Shown piece after piece: positions 17,705 through 27,052 of a stretch of 64,000 bases of DNA. The stretch comes from a virus. The stretch covers positions 32,876 to 96,875 of IMG/VR virus record IMGVR_UViG_3300017605_001488; one strand, given 5' to 3'. The position numbers and the translations under genes are program-made. The notes below the pieces were generated by a model that saw only the letters and a list, made by a program, of their open reading frames with translations, was not told the origin of the DNA and did not search any database. Position 1 is the first letter of the stretch, and every line of letters begins with the position of its first letter.

Positions 17705-18301
17705 CTAGCCCCTTCTCGCCCGGGCGAGATCCCAAAGCGTCCCGTCCTGCACCACACGTGATCGGAGCCGTGCCGTCATCGCGTGCACCGCCGGCGGTGC
17801 GATGCCGAGCAACGTGGCGACCTCGCGCGGCGTCGTCTCCTCGAGCAGCACCGGCACGACGGGAATCAACCCCTCGACGCGGGCGACATCGATCAACCGT
17901 GCGCGCACACGTTCGCGCCATTGCTTCTCCTCGACCGCCGCGAATTGCCCCGGACCCTGGTCGACGAGGTGCACCGACCGCTGCTCCGTTTCGTCGCACC
18001 CGTCATCGCCTGCGATGCCGGTACGGTGCAACCCTCGGTACGACTTTTCGGGGCGGTGCTTGCCGCCGCTGACGGGCGCGGACATCGACCAGAGGAACCG
18101 CCGCACGGCCAACACCACCGCCGTCCAGAAGTAGCCTTCGGGCTCGTCACCCGCGCCGGCCACGTACGTGTGTCGCGCCTCGGCGCACGCGACGTGTCCG
18201 ACCTGGCGCAGCTCCGCCGGCTCCGCCCACCAACACCGTCGGGAGTAGCGGCTCGTGACCTTGCGCACGATCTCGATTTCGGCTTCTACGCTAATCGGCA
18301 T
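17705..18301 (-). CDS. sigma-70-family (region 2 + region 4) factor-like protein
   Basis: ELRQVG.VA..EA..TY.....EGYFW region-2-like; TTPREVATLLGI...AV region-4 HTH. Confidence 0.65.
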   Translation of the reverse strand: MPISVEAEIEIVRKVTSRYSRRCWWAEPAELRQVGHVACAEARHTYVAGAGDEPEGYFWTAVVLAVRRFLWSMSAPVSGGKHRPEKSYRGLHRTGIAGDDGCDETEQRSVHLVDQGPGQFAAVEEKQWRERVRARLIDVARVEGLIPVVPVLLEETTPREVATLLGIAPPAVHAMTARLRSRVVQDGTLWDLARARRG

Positions 18302-18788
18302 GGGATGCTCCCTCGTTTTTCTTCAACAACATGGCGCGCTGTGCTTGAGCGACGACGGCGGGCGGTCCGTACAGGACCATGCCATCGGGCCTTCGCAAGA
18401 TGACGAGCACGCGTTTCGACAGCATCTGAATCAGGTGGAACCCGTCGCCGGTCGTGGCGGCACCGGGCCACACCTCGTAGGCAACCGCCGCCTGACGGAC
18501 GCCCTGCCCATCGGCAACGAACACGTCGCTTGCTGCGGTCGCCGAGAACATCAACCCACATCGGTCGGGGCGGTGCATCGCATCGATGAGCCCCTGCAAC
18601 CACAAGCACTCAAAGTCGCGGCACCCCTTCGGGCGCTCGTCGTAGATGCCGCACAGCCGCTTGTGTCCGACATCGATGAGGTGATCGCACGTGCCCCATC
18701 GCTCCTTCCGGACGGGTTCGACCGCGAGTCCGGTGCCTTGACAGCACGCCGTACACGTTCCGCACTTCCTAGGCTTCGGCATCGTCAT
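18291..18788 (-). CDS. YkgJ-like CxxCxxCC Zn/Fe-S cluster protein
   Basis: CGTCTACC...C.HL...CGIYDERP..CRDFECLW..RPDRCG. Confidence 0.8.
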   Translation of the reverse strand: MTMPKPRKCGTCTACCQGTGLAVEPVRKERWGTCDHLIDVGHKRLCGIYDERPKGCRDFECLWLQGLIDAMHRPDRCGLMFSATAASDVFVADGQGVRQAAVAYEVWPGAATTGDGFHLIQMLSKRVLVILRRPDGMVLYGPPAVVAQAQRAMLLKKNEGASHAD

Positions 18789-19605
18789 CCTCCGCGAGTG
18801 GTGACTCCACGCCGCCGGTCCACCACGCGAGCGCGCGGTCGAACTCCGATTCGGCTTCTATCTGCTGCTTTTCTACTCGTCGCGGGTTCTCGATGATGCC
18901 CGCGGCCTTGATGTCATCGTTGACGGTCTCGCGGTCGGTGCGGATGCCGTCGGCTTTCTGGGCATCGCGCTCCGGCTTCTTTCCGTCGTAGTACTTCACG
19001 CGCGAGCCCAACTTCTTGAGCTCCTTGTCGAGCGCCTTCTTCTGCTTGAGCAGGTCCCGGTACGCCGTGCGCGCCTCGCGTTCGTCCTTGTCGGCACGTT
19101 CGCGCGCCAACCGCTTGCGGCGTTCGCCGGCGGTCTCGATGAGCAACGCGATGGGGAGTTCCCCGTCACCGAGCCGACCGGTCGCCTCGACGGTGTTGCG
19201 GAAGTCGGCATCGTTCGCCGCGCGTCGGATGGCGTCGTGCATGCGGTACAGCGGCGCGTAGTTCGCGAGCAGGTAGATCCAGCTCGTCGGCGCCCACACA
19301 CCGCCCGACGGCGCACGCGTGGTGCGCATGCCGGGGATGGCCACTCCCTGCGCTTCCGCCCAATCGAGCAAGCACGACCGTCCGCGCATGTGTCGGGGCA
19401 TCGCATGCAACACGATGGACCGCGAACAGTGCGGGCACGTCGTGCGGTGAAGCGGTCGCGTCTTGTTACGCTCCTTCAGCGTCTTACTGATCTGCGCGTT
19501 GCGCACGTTGAGGCGCGACAACGACGACACGACGGTCGGCGTGGGTGCCGGCGCGGGACCCGCGTGGATTTGGATCGGTCCCGTGGTCGATTGCATCACG
19601 GGCAC
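18769..19605 (-). CDS. hypothetical protein (C2H/C zinc motif, C-terminal coiled coil)
   Basis: CPHC..H....C; charged helical C-terminus. Confidence 0.65.
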   Translation of the reverse strand: MPVMQSTTGPIQIHAGPAPAPTPTVVSSLSRLNVRNAQISKTLKERNKTRPLHRTTCPHCSRSIVLHAMPRHMRGRSCLLDWAEAQGVAIPGMRTTRAPSGGVWAPTSWIYLLANYAPLYRMHDAIRRAANDADFRNTVEATGRLGDGELPIALLIETAGERRKRLARERADKDEREARTAYRDLLKQKKALDKELKKLGSRVKYYDGKKPERDAQKADGIRTDRETVNDDIKAAGIIENPRRVEKQQIEAESEFDRALAWWTGGVESPLAEDDDAEA

Positions 19606-19814
19606 GGCGGGACCTCGTCGCGCTCGATGCCCATGGTGCCGTCACACGTCGGACAGTTGCGCATCTCGACGGTGTCGATGTGACCGAGGATGGGCAACGC
19701 GTGCCATTGGGCGAGCGTGAACACACGCCCGCAACACGTGCACTTCTTGAATGCACCGCCCGCCCGGGCGAGCTCGAGCTCGCCCGGGATGGAACGAAGG
19801 CGGAGTGCAACCAT
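19596..19814 (-). CDS. small zinc-ribbon protein
   Basis: ATG at 19814 overlaps upstream TGA; CTCC...W..L...E.RNCPTC. Confidence 0.6.
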   Translation of the reverse strand: MVALRLRSIPGELELARAGGAFKKCTCCGRVFTLAQWHALPILGHIDTVEMRNCPTCDGTMGIERDEVPPCP

Positions 19815-20686
19815 CACAGCACCAACCCGGGTGCGGCGGACATGTCGATCGGATTGAGCTTGAGGATCGCGGTGGTGAGCTGGGCGCGCAGGTCGTCGAT
19901 GCCCGCGTGCAGGGTCTCGAGCTTCCGTCCCATCAGGTCCTCGTACGCTTCGACCTTCGCCTTGATGTCGTCCATCGTCTCGACGCGGTGTTCGAGCGCG
20001 CGTTTGCCGAGCGACGCGTCCGTGAGCTCTCGTTCGAGCACGTCGGCGGCGCGCTTCGCTTCTTGCGTGATGGCCTCGGTGAGCGCGTCCATCGCTTCGC
20101 CCGACCGCATCGCGGGCACACACGAGATCACGTGCGGTGATGCTTCACGCAACGCCTTGAGCATGCGATCCCACATCGGGACGGCGAACCGCGGCACGAA
20201 GTAGATGCCGCCCGTGTCACGCAACCCGACCGCCGAGCACTTCGGCATCATCTCGACGAGCCACGCGGACACGTCGGCCTGAATGATGTTCGACAGGTAG
20301 TGCGTGAACCGCGCGCGCAGCGTCTCCGCCTGTTCGTGGTCGTCGGGTTCGATGCCCAACCGACCCACCTCGTTGATGGAGACCTTGATGTCGGTCTCGT
20401 ACACGAGGTCGTCCCCATCGATCGATTCGTGTTCGTTCACGACGAGCCACGTGCCCGTCTTCAACCGACGGGTGAGCCGGTGCGCGCCGCGCTGTTCCGC
20501 GACCGCGCGTTGCATCGCGACCGTCGGGGTCGGGTCGTTCGGCAGCCACTCCTCGTCGAGGTTGTTGTTGGCCCACGCCGTGCGCAGCCGGCCGATGTCC
20601 ATGCCGCCCACAAGCCTCCACCACACAATCACGCCTGCGGTGTCGACGTTTTCCATCACCGCAATCAAACCGTGGTCGTTCGCCAT
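19814..20686 (-). CDS. DUF6744/DUF3150-like protein
   Basis: AAGGAGG RBS; G.IVWW, LR.TGGIYFVP, C-terminal helix K.EAYEDL; family assignment from memory. Confidence 0.6.
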   Translation of the reverse strand: MANDHGLIAVMENVDTAGVIVWWRLVGGMDIGRLRTAWANNNLDEEWLPNDPTPTVAMQRAVAEQRGAHRLTRRLKTGTWLVVNEHESIDGDDLVYETDIKVSINEVGRLGIEPDDHEQAETLRARFTHYLSNIIQADVSAWLVEMMPKCSAVGLRDTGGIYFVPRFAVPMWDRMLKALREASPHVISCVPAMRSGEAMDALTEAITQEAKRAADVLERELTDASLGKRALEHRVETMDDIKAKVEAYEDLMGRKLETLHAGIDDLRAQLTTAILKLNPIDMSAAPGLVL

Positions 20687-20745
20687 GTCGCGCCTCCTTG
20701 GCAGTCGACACCACGCGCGCACGAGCGTCGGGTGTCGACCTGCCC

Positions 20746-20773
20746 ATCATACGCATGATTGCACTGATTGCAA
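20746..20773 (-). promoter_or_regulatory. sigma70-like promoter, copy 1 of conserved early motif
   Basis: TTGCAA-N16-TATGAT (TTGCAATCAGTGCAATCATGCGTATGAT). Confidence 0.7.
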
Positions 20774-20796
20774 GCATGCCGGTGCTATCGTTCGTA

Positions 20797-22191
20797 TCAG
20801 GACGCTTCGCGGTCGGCGCCTTCGTTCTCGTACACGATGGTCTCGTGCACCCACGACGGCACGCACTCACGGCGCATGTACCGACCAACCAGCAGCACGA
20901 TGACGCGCATGCCTCGCGGGCACTGGTCCGGCCACGGGCCGTCTGCGTCGGTGACGAACACGACGACCTCGGGGCGCGGTTTCATCGCCGACAGCGCCGC
21001 GAACCCCGGGCGGAAGTCCGTGCCGCCGCCGCCCTTGAGCATGCGTGCGACCTCGTGAATCGATCGGACCTTCGCCTTTTCCCCGTGCACGGCCGCGTCG
21101 GCGGTGACACACGCGATGTCGGCGCCGATGGCCTTCATCACGCCTTGCGTTTCGTTGAGCGCGTCCTGCAACGCTTCGGGACCCATCGACCCCGACGTGT
21201 CGACCATCACCGCGACGTTCGGCACCGGTTGACGTAGTCGCGCGAGGATCGGGTGCCCACCGCCGAACCCGATGCCCGCCTGACGACGTGACGGGCCGTC
21301 GTATCGGTGCGTGAACGCGCCCGGACGAAACGACACCGCCGTGCGGCACGCGTTCGACAACCGTTGACGCCACGGCACCTTCGGGGGTTCGAGGTTCGCT
21401 TCGGCCATGCGCGCCCACGCCTCGGGGATTTTCCCGCGTCCGGGACCGGATGCCGCTGCACGCACCGCTTCGCTCGCGGCACGCACCACGCGTTCGACCT
21501 GAGCGTCGCTGCGTCCATCGGGATCGTCCGCGCCGGGTTCGTCCTTGCCCGGGTTCGATGCGCATCCACCGCACGCACCGTGACACACCGAACCCTTGCC
21601 CTTGCCCGGTTCGCCGCCTTCGCCATCGGCGTCGCCGTCCGATTGGCCCGGCCTCTTTCCGCCCGCACCCGGTTGGCCCTTCCCCTTCGCGCCGCCCTTC
21701 TGCTTCTGCTGCTTCATCGCGGCGCGGTAGTACTCGTCGGCGGTGAGCCCGTCGGGCATGCCCAAGTCCTTCGGCCACACACCGCCGTCGTCACCGTCGG
21801 GGAGCTCGAGCCCCATTTGCAGAATGGGCGGGTTGATGGCGCGGTCACCGGCACGGTTCCACTCGCCGGGGTCGCGACCGTTCAGGCGTTTGCCGTGCTT
21901 GTTCCACAGGTGCTGCACTTCGTGGATGACGAGCCCGGCCATCTTCCGCGGGGTCTGCCGCACGACGAAGTCCGGGTCGTAGATGAAGATCGCGCGCTCG
22001 GTGACGCCGACCGTGCCGAGTCCCCACACCTCGCGCATCACGAATGCCATGATGATCGGGCGGAAGTACGGGCACGTCTGCTGCGCGATGATGCGCCCCG
22101 CCGCGATGAGCTGGTTGGCCTTCTTCAAGACCTCCGCAGCATCCTTGCGCGGTTTCGCGTTCTGGTCGATGGTGATCGACACGGACATCAC
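20797..22191 (-). CDS. DUF2201-type metallopeptidase + VWA domain protein
   Basis: HEVQH zincin motif, WN.AGD.AIN, MIDAS DTSGS, GGGGTDF, VTDADG. Confidence 0.88.
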   Translation of the reverse strand: MMSVSITIDQNAKPRKDAAEVLKKANQLIAAGRIIAQQTCPYFRPIIMAFVMREVWGLGTVGVTERAIFIYDPDFVVRQTPRKMAGLVIHEVQHLWNKHGKRLNGRDPGEWNRAGDRAINPPILQMGLELPDGDDGGVWPKDLGMPDGLTADEYYRAAMKQQKQKGGAKGKGQPGAGGKRPGQSDGDADGEGGEPGKGKGSVCHGACGGCASNPGKDEPGADDPDGRSDAQVERVVRAASEAVRAAASGPGRGKIPEAWARMAEANLEPPKVPWRQRLSNACRTAVSFRPGAFTHRYDGPSRRQAGIGFGGGHPILARLRQPVPNVAVMVDTSGSMGPEALQDALNETQGVMKAIGADIACVTADAAVHGEKAKVRSIHEVARMLKGGGGTDFRPGFAALSAMKPRPEVVVFVTDADGPWPDQCPRGMRVIVLLVGRYMRRECVPSWVHETIVYENEGADREAS

Positions 22192-23336
22192 CGACCCCCA
22201 CGCGCGGTCACGCCCGCGGCGGCCAACACCGGGTTCATGCGTGCGAGCATCGCGGTCGATGCGCCCTTGCCATGCAGGCCGGCGTTCACGAGCGCGGTGG
22301 CCGCGGGCACGATGATGTCCATCGCGTTGTCACCGACACCGGCCAACAGCTTCCACAACGCGTTCGACCGGTCCTCGCGCTTCTCCGCATGTTGGGGCGT
22401 GACGAGCGCGACCGCGGAGTTGATGACGACGGCCGATCGATCGAGCCGTCGGTTGTCGTGCTTGAATTCCTCCTTGCCGTCGAGCACGTGCGCGACGTTC
22501 GGGAGGTCCTGCTCGGCGCAGAACGTCGCGAACGCGGCATAGGCTTCCTGTCCGATGAACGACGACACGAACTCGTCCCTGTCCGCTTCGCCGAGCCCGT
22601 GCACGAACGACGACGCGAGTGCGCGGGTCGCCATCTCCCACGTGCGATCGGACGGCCACGCGGCGGACTGCTGCACGGCGGACTTCGGAAACTTGTTTTT
22701 CCAATCGGCCTGCGCACGGAGGAACCCCGTCTCGAGACCGACCGCCTTGGCGTAGGCACCGTCCCATTCCTTGACCACACGCGCTTCTTCGGCATCGCAG
22801 TCGACGGCGTTGTCGGTCGTGTCCGCAGCCATGCCGAGCATGTACGCGATGTGCTCCTCGATGGTCGGCGGGTGCCACCGGAGCCACCCGCCGCGGTTCG
22901 CGAGCGGCGGTGCGATCTCGTACCCGTTCGCGGCCATCTCGGGCGGGTTGCACGCCGCCCACACACGCACGCCGCCGGGGAGTTGATGCGAGCCGATGCG
23001 CTTGTCGAGCAACAGGCCCATGCACGGGGCTTGGATGATGGGCGGGTTGCTCGTGATCTCGTCGAGGAACACCAGGCCACGCTTGCTAAACGCCGCGGTC
23101 CAGTCCGGCGCGGGGTACGTCAGCGATCCCTTGACCGGGACCGGGACGACACCGAACGCGCCTTCGCCACGTTCCGCACCCGACAACACCTCGCACGGCA
23201 CGCCGACGCGTTTGGCGAAGTCGCGGATGAACGTGGACTTGGCAACACCGGGCTCCCCGATGAAGTACAGCGGCAACCCCCATCCCTGGGCGGTGCGGGT
23301 GAAGAATGCGGCGTGGATGATGCGGGCGAGATGCAT
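22188..23336 (-). CDS. MoxR-like AAA+ ATPase
   Basis: GEPGVAKS, VFLDEI, ACNP, PLANR, PS.RTWE; AAGGAG RBS. Confidence 0.9.
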   Translation of the reverse strand: MHLARIIHAAFFTRTAQGWGLPLYFIGEPGVAKSTFIRDFAKRVGVPCEVLSGAERGEGAFGVVPVPVKGSLTYPAPDWTAAFSKRGLVFLDEITSNPPIIQAPCMGLLLDKRIGSHQLPGGVRVWAACNPPEMAANGYEIAPPLANRGGWLRWHPPTIEEHIAYMLGMAADTTDNAVDCDAEEARVVKEWDGAYAKAVGLETGFLRAQADWKNKFPKSAVQQSAAWPSDRTWEMATRALASSFVHGLGEADRDEFVSSFIGQEAYAAFATFCAEQDLPNVAHVLDGKEEFKHDNRRLDRSAVVINSAVALVTPQHAEKREDRSNALWKLLAGVGDNAMDIIVPAATALVNAGLHGKGASTAMLARMNPVLAAAGVTARGGR

Positions 23337-23381
23337 GGTGGTTCTCCTTCGGGTCGATGTGGTGGGGGCAACCCCCGACAC

Positions 23382-23409
23382 ATCATACGCATGATTGCGG
23401 TGATTGCAA
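23382..23409 (-). promoter_or_regulatory. sigma70-like promoter, copy 2 of conserved early motif
   Basis: TTGCAATCACCGCAATCATGCGTATGAT, nearly identical to copy 1. Confidence 0.7.
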
Positions 23410-23491
23410 GTATTGCAATGATGGCGATGCAACGAAAACAGGCCGACGAGCGCGAACCCGCCGACCTGCTTGGACTACTTCGATGTGCGAA

Positions 23492-24160
23492 TCACTCCGC
23501 GGCGGCGGCAGCGGTCGCCGCCGGCACGACGTGGCCGCGCTTGAAGAACAGGATTTCGCCCTTCGCGGTTTTCACCTTCACCTGGCCGTTGGCCATGGCG
23601 ATGACCTCGAGATTGACGAGGTCGGCGGCATCGAGCATGCCGTCGTACCCCTTGCGGAGGTTGTCTCGGATCTCGACCTTCGAGCCGACCTTCACCGCGG
23701 CGGACGCCGCCGCGACGGCACCGCGCACGGACGGACGCCACGCGCGGGGCACGGACGTGATGAGGTCCGCCGCCACGCGGAGCTTCGCGCCGGCGACCAC
23801 GAGCTCGGTGCGCGCCCCGGGGAACGGATCGGACGACGCGACGCCTTCGACCGGGGTGGTCGGGGGCTCGAACTTGTACTTGGCGATCGACTTGAGCGTC
23901 GCCTCGACGCGGGCGGCCATGCGGCTGAGCAACACGCCCTTCATGTGGATCGGGCCGAGCTCGCGCGCCTGCTTGTCCCACTCGGTGAGCGGCTTCGGGC
24001 CGGTCGCGGCCGTGGTGGCAGTCGTGCCGGGCGTCGTCACCGTCGCCGGCTTGCCCGAGCGCTCCGCATCCTGACGCGCGATCTCCTCGGGCGTCTTGTC
24101 GCTGTGGTCGATGGCGGGCGTGCGGGGAGCGGTGCGAGTGACGGTGTTCTTCTTTGCCAT
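23492..24160 (-). CDS. hypothetical protein (C-terminal SH3/KOW-like beta domain)
   Basis: GAGGAA RBS; VKVGSKVEIR...V.V...G. Confidence 0.7.
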   Translation of the reverse strand: MAKKNTVTRTAPRTPAIDHSDKTPEEIARQDAERSGKPATVTTPGTTATTAATGPKPLTEWDKQARELGPIHMKGVLLSRMAARVEATLKSIAKYKFEPPTTPVEGVASSDPFPGARTELVVAGAKLRVAADLITSVPRAWRPSVRGAVAAASAAVKVGSKVEIRDNLRKGYDGMLDAADLVNLEVIAMANGQVKVKTAKGEILFFKRGHVVPAATAAAAAE

Positions 24161-24212
24161 GGTGATTTCCTCGATTCGGGTTTGGGCTCACGGGCTCGTG
24201 AGCGCAGACCCA

Positions 24213-24240
24213 TGTATACGCATGCTGCCGAAGATTGCAA
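24213..24240 (-). promoter_or_regulatory. conserved early promoter motif, copy 3 (in divergent control region)
   Basis: TTGCAATCTTCGGCAGCATGCGTATACA, same 16-nt spacing and CATGCGTAT core. Confidence 0.55.
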
Positions 24241-24324
24241 CTATTGCGATTGTTTTCTTGCTAGCGGGATCGCTACCATCCGACATCACGGGAGAATCCG
24301 AGGCAACCGCGCAAGTGCGGATCC

Positions 24325-24552
24325 ATGGCAGACAACCTTGACCGGGCGATCGATGTGGCGGCGGGCATATGCGAGCTCGTCGGCGCACGGTTCGCCCACG
24401 CCGCGACCGACAAGGTGTTGGCGCTGGCGGTGGGCATTGCGGCCGGACGGTTGGCCCGACAGGCGGGTGCCGAACGCGCGAGCATCGTGGCGGCGGTCGC
24501 CGCTGGATTCGATGGCACGCGCATCGAGGATGGTGGACCGTGGGAAAGCTGA
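24325..24552 (+). CDS. hypothetical protein
   Basis: First ORF of plus-strand block, overlaps next gene. Confidence 0.5.
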   Translation: MADNLDRAIDVAAGICELVGARFAHAATDKVLALAVGIAAGRLARQAGAERASIVAAVAAGFDGTRIEDGGPWES

Positions 24553-25013
24553 GCCGAACCAAAGGTGCGGACTTCGAACGCGACATCGCCGTCGAGCTCC
24601 GCGTGTTGTACCCGAGCGCGCGACGGGGTGCGCAGATGCAGGCGCGGCTCGGACTCAAGGCCGCCGCCGAGGAGAAGTTCGCCGACGTGGAAGGAACGCC
24701 GTGGTGGGTCGAATGCAAGCACGGCAAGTCGATCTCGATTCACGGCGCCCTCGCGCAAGGGACGGCGGCGACCGATGGGCGGGCGGTCATCGCCATCACG
24801 CGCATCGACCGCCATGCCGCGGTCGCATCGATGTACTTGCAGGACTTCATGCACCTGCTGCGCGATGTCGAGGACGCGCGGAAGCTGCGACTTGCGATCG
24901 ACGAGCTCCGCGAGGCCGCCGCCCGCGAGCTCGAGGCCGAACGAAAGAAGCACCAAACCGCCCTCGTCGAAGCAGTCGAGGACGCGCTGCGCAACGCCAC
25001 CGACCGGCATTAG
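24540..25013 (+). CDS. Holliday junction resolvase-like PD-(D/E)xK nuclease
   Basis: G..SRTKGA.FER.IA..L, AD, WVECK. Confidence 0.8.
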   Translation: MGKLSRTKGADFERDIAVELRVLYPSARRGAQMQARLGLKAAAEEKFADVEGTPWWVECKHGKSISIHGALAQGTAATDGRAVIAITRIDRHAAVASMYLQDFMHLLRDVEDARKLRLAIDELREAAARELEAERKKHQTALVEAVEDALRNATDRH

Positions 25014-25097
25014 TGCGGGGGGCGGTTCCACGGGGTCACGCCTGCCCGGTTCCCGCACCGGCCAACCGGGTCAGCCCTGCGAGGCCGCCCCCCGCAC
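25013..25097 (+). repeat. 13-bp perfect inverted repeat enclosing further stems
   Basis: GTGCGGGGGGCGG (25013-25025) / CCGCCCCCCGCAC (25085-25097). Confidence 0.65.
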
Positions 25098-25150
25098 CCG
25101 CACCGTAGCTGAGTCGACCCCCCGACGAAACCGACCTATGGACCTCAACC

Positions 25151-25702
25151 ATGCGAAACATCCTCCGGCTGCTGGTCCTGGTGGTGACGATGCTGGTCGT
25201 GCGACCGGCGAACGCGGCGGATGTGCCCGACCGCGCCGTCCTGCTGGCGCTGGCGGCGAAGTTCCCGCGAGCCTCGACGTTCGACATCGGCCACGTCGTC
25301 GACGACATCCTGGCGGCGAAACCGACCGGCACCGAGGCGCGGGTGATGTTGGCGTGGGGGTACTTCGAGTCGCTGTGGGGCACGTACAACTTGGGCGATT
25401 GCACGTGCTGGAAGGCCGGCGTGCGCACGCGATGCCCCAACCTTGCCGACCGCACGGTCGCGAACTGCACGAGCTTCGGCGTGATGCAAACCAAGAAGCC
25501 GGGACAATACGTACCCGGTGCTGACCCGGCCAAGGTTGCCGCCGATCGACGGCTCGGGTTCCGGGTCGGTCTCGAGGTATTCCGCGCATGGATGAAAGCC
25601 AGCGGCGGCAACGTGCGGGGTGCGCTGCGCGGGTTTTCGTCGGGGCACATCGACCGCGCGTACGAGAAGGTGTCGAGTCGATGCGTGTGGGTCGGCTGTT
25701 AG
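25151..25702 (+). CDS. secreted lysozyme-fold / lytic transglycosylase-like protein
   Basis: Sec signal ending ANA-A; catalytic-type FES motif, SFGVMQ, ALRGFSSG (AxxxYxxG-like). Confidence 0.6.
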   Translation: MRNILRLLVLVVTMLVVRPANAADVPDRAVLLALAAKFPRASTFDIGHVVDDILAAKPTGTEARVMLAWGYFESLWGTYNLGDCTCWKAGVRTRCPNLADRTVANCTSFGVMQTKKPGQYVPGADPAKVAADRRLGFRVGLEVFRAWMKASGGNVRGALRGFSSGHIDRAYEKVSSRCVWVGC

Positions 25703-25710
25703 GAGGCAAC

Positions 25711-25890
25711 ATGACCGGATGGCAGATCGCGTTCCTGGTTGGCGTAGCTGTGCTCGTGATGCTGTGGGCGGACCGCGTCCACACGCGCCGCAAGCAGCGC
25801 GCCCTTATCACCGAGACCGTGAACCGTCGGTGGTACCCGACGATGCAGCAGATCGCCAAGAACACCCGCGGTCGGTGGGACCTGCACTAG
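25711..25890 (+). CDS. small single-TM membrane protein
   Basis: AGGAGG RBS; MTGWQIAFLVGVAVLVMLWA followed by basic tail. Confidence 0.65.
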   Translation: MTGWQIAFLVGVAVLVMLWADRVHTRRKQRALITETVNRRWYPTMQQIAKNTRGRWDLH

Positions 25891-26219
25891 GGCGTGAGCG
25901 TTTCGCACCCCGCGCCGGCGCACGCGCGCAACGCGGTGAGCGACTTCGCCCCGACGATGCACGTCGTGTCGAGCGGGAATTGATTCTTGGTGATGACCTT
26001 GTTGATGGCCTGCTCGCACTTCGGTCCGCCTTCGAGGCACATGAACCGGCGATACGCCGCACACACATCGGTGACGATCGGGCCGGCGTCGCCGATGACG
26101 GGCGGGGTGGCGTCGGTGGGCAACGGTGCCGCATCGGCATCCGGGGTCGGGGGCACGGGTGCGGGAGTCGGGCATCCGGCGAGAAGCGCGACGACGGAAA
26201 CGATCAAGCACAGCTTCAC
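25887..26219 (-). CDS. Pro-rich, Cys-containing lipoprotein (o-spanin-like position)
   Basis: GTG with GGAGG RBS; lipobox LLAG-C; PTPAPVPPTP linker; 6 further Cys. Confidence 0.75.
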   Translation of the reverse strand: MKLCLIVSVVALLAGCPTPAPVPPTPDADAAPLPTDATPPVIGDAGPIVTDVCAAYRRFMCLEGGPKCEQAINKVITKNQFPLDTTCIVGAKSLTALRACAGAGCETLTP

Positions 26220-27052
26220 GACATCCTCCGAACGGCGAGTGCGTACAAGCAATCGCATTGCCGGAGGAATGCCTCCGTGACCCACACGCGGCCGTAGGCA
26301 CCCCACAACAGACCCCACGAGTTCTGCAACCGGTACTGATACGAACCATCGGGCATCTTGCGGTACCCGACGATGAGCGTGTCGTGATTGCTGCCCGCGG
26401 CGCGGTCGGGGTGTGCATCGAGCACGGTGTCGGGTCCGGCGGATTCGTCGGCATCGATCACGCACCACGCGTTCGTCACGAGCACCTTCGAGGCGAGCGC
26501 GCGGCGCACCCCGAGACCCGGATCGGACGGGTCGATCTCGACGATGCCGAGCAGCAGCGTTTCCGCGTTGCGCTCCTCCTCAAGCACGGTGGGGTTGGCG
26601 TTCAACCGTGCATCGGGGGAGCAGTCGCACTTGCGCTGCTTCTCGTCCTCGGTGCGGCAATCGATCGCGCACACGCCCCACACCGAAACGGCGGTCACCA
26701 CGTCGGCGGGGTCGCCACCGGTGTCGGTGAGCGGGTCGTTGATGTTCAGGCTACCCCACGCGGCGCGCTCGATGCACCGCACCTGCTTCGACAGGTCGAG
26801 CATCGAGATCGGCCACGGCAACGGCGTCCCGGCAAGGTGCAACGTCTCGGCGATGCCGACCGCGGGGGCGCACGCGAAACACGTGCTCGTTTGCGCCTGG
26901 TCGACGACCTCGGGTTCGTACGACACGGCATCGGGCAACGCGTCGGCGCCGACGAGATGCGGATGCAATCGCGCGAACGGCAGCGGGACGGCGGAGCCGG
27001 CGCGCTTCTTGTGCCCGCGACCGAATCGCTGGACGGGTGCGGCGTCGGTCAC
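26216..27052 (-). CDS. papain-family (C1) cysteine peptidase
   Basis: VVDQAQTSTCFA (Gln, Cys), NHDTLIVGY (His), QNSWGLLWGAYG (Asn); GTGA overlaps on both sides. Confidence 0.85.
   Translation of the reverse strand: MTDAAPVQRFGRGHKKRAGSAVPLPFARLHPHLVGADALPDAVSYEPEVVDQAQTSTCFACAPAVGIAETLHLAGTPLPWPISMLDLSKQVRCIERAAWGSLNINDPLTDTGGDPADVVTAVSVWGVCAIDCRTEDEKQRKCDCSPDARLNANPTVLEEERNAETLLLGIVEIDPSDPGLGVRRALASKVLVTNAWCVIDADESAGPDTVLDAHPDRAAGSNHDTLIVGYRKMPDGSYQYRLQNSWGLLWGAYGRVWVTEAFLRQCDCLYALAVRRMS

Noticed and set aside
25104-25140. Hammerhead-like CTGA-GTCG...CGAC-GAAAC
   Set aside because: Core lacks the required CUGANGA and I could not build stems I/III with an NUH site
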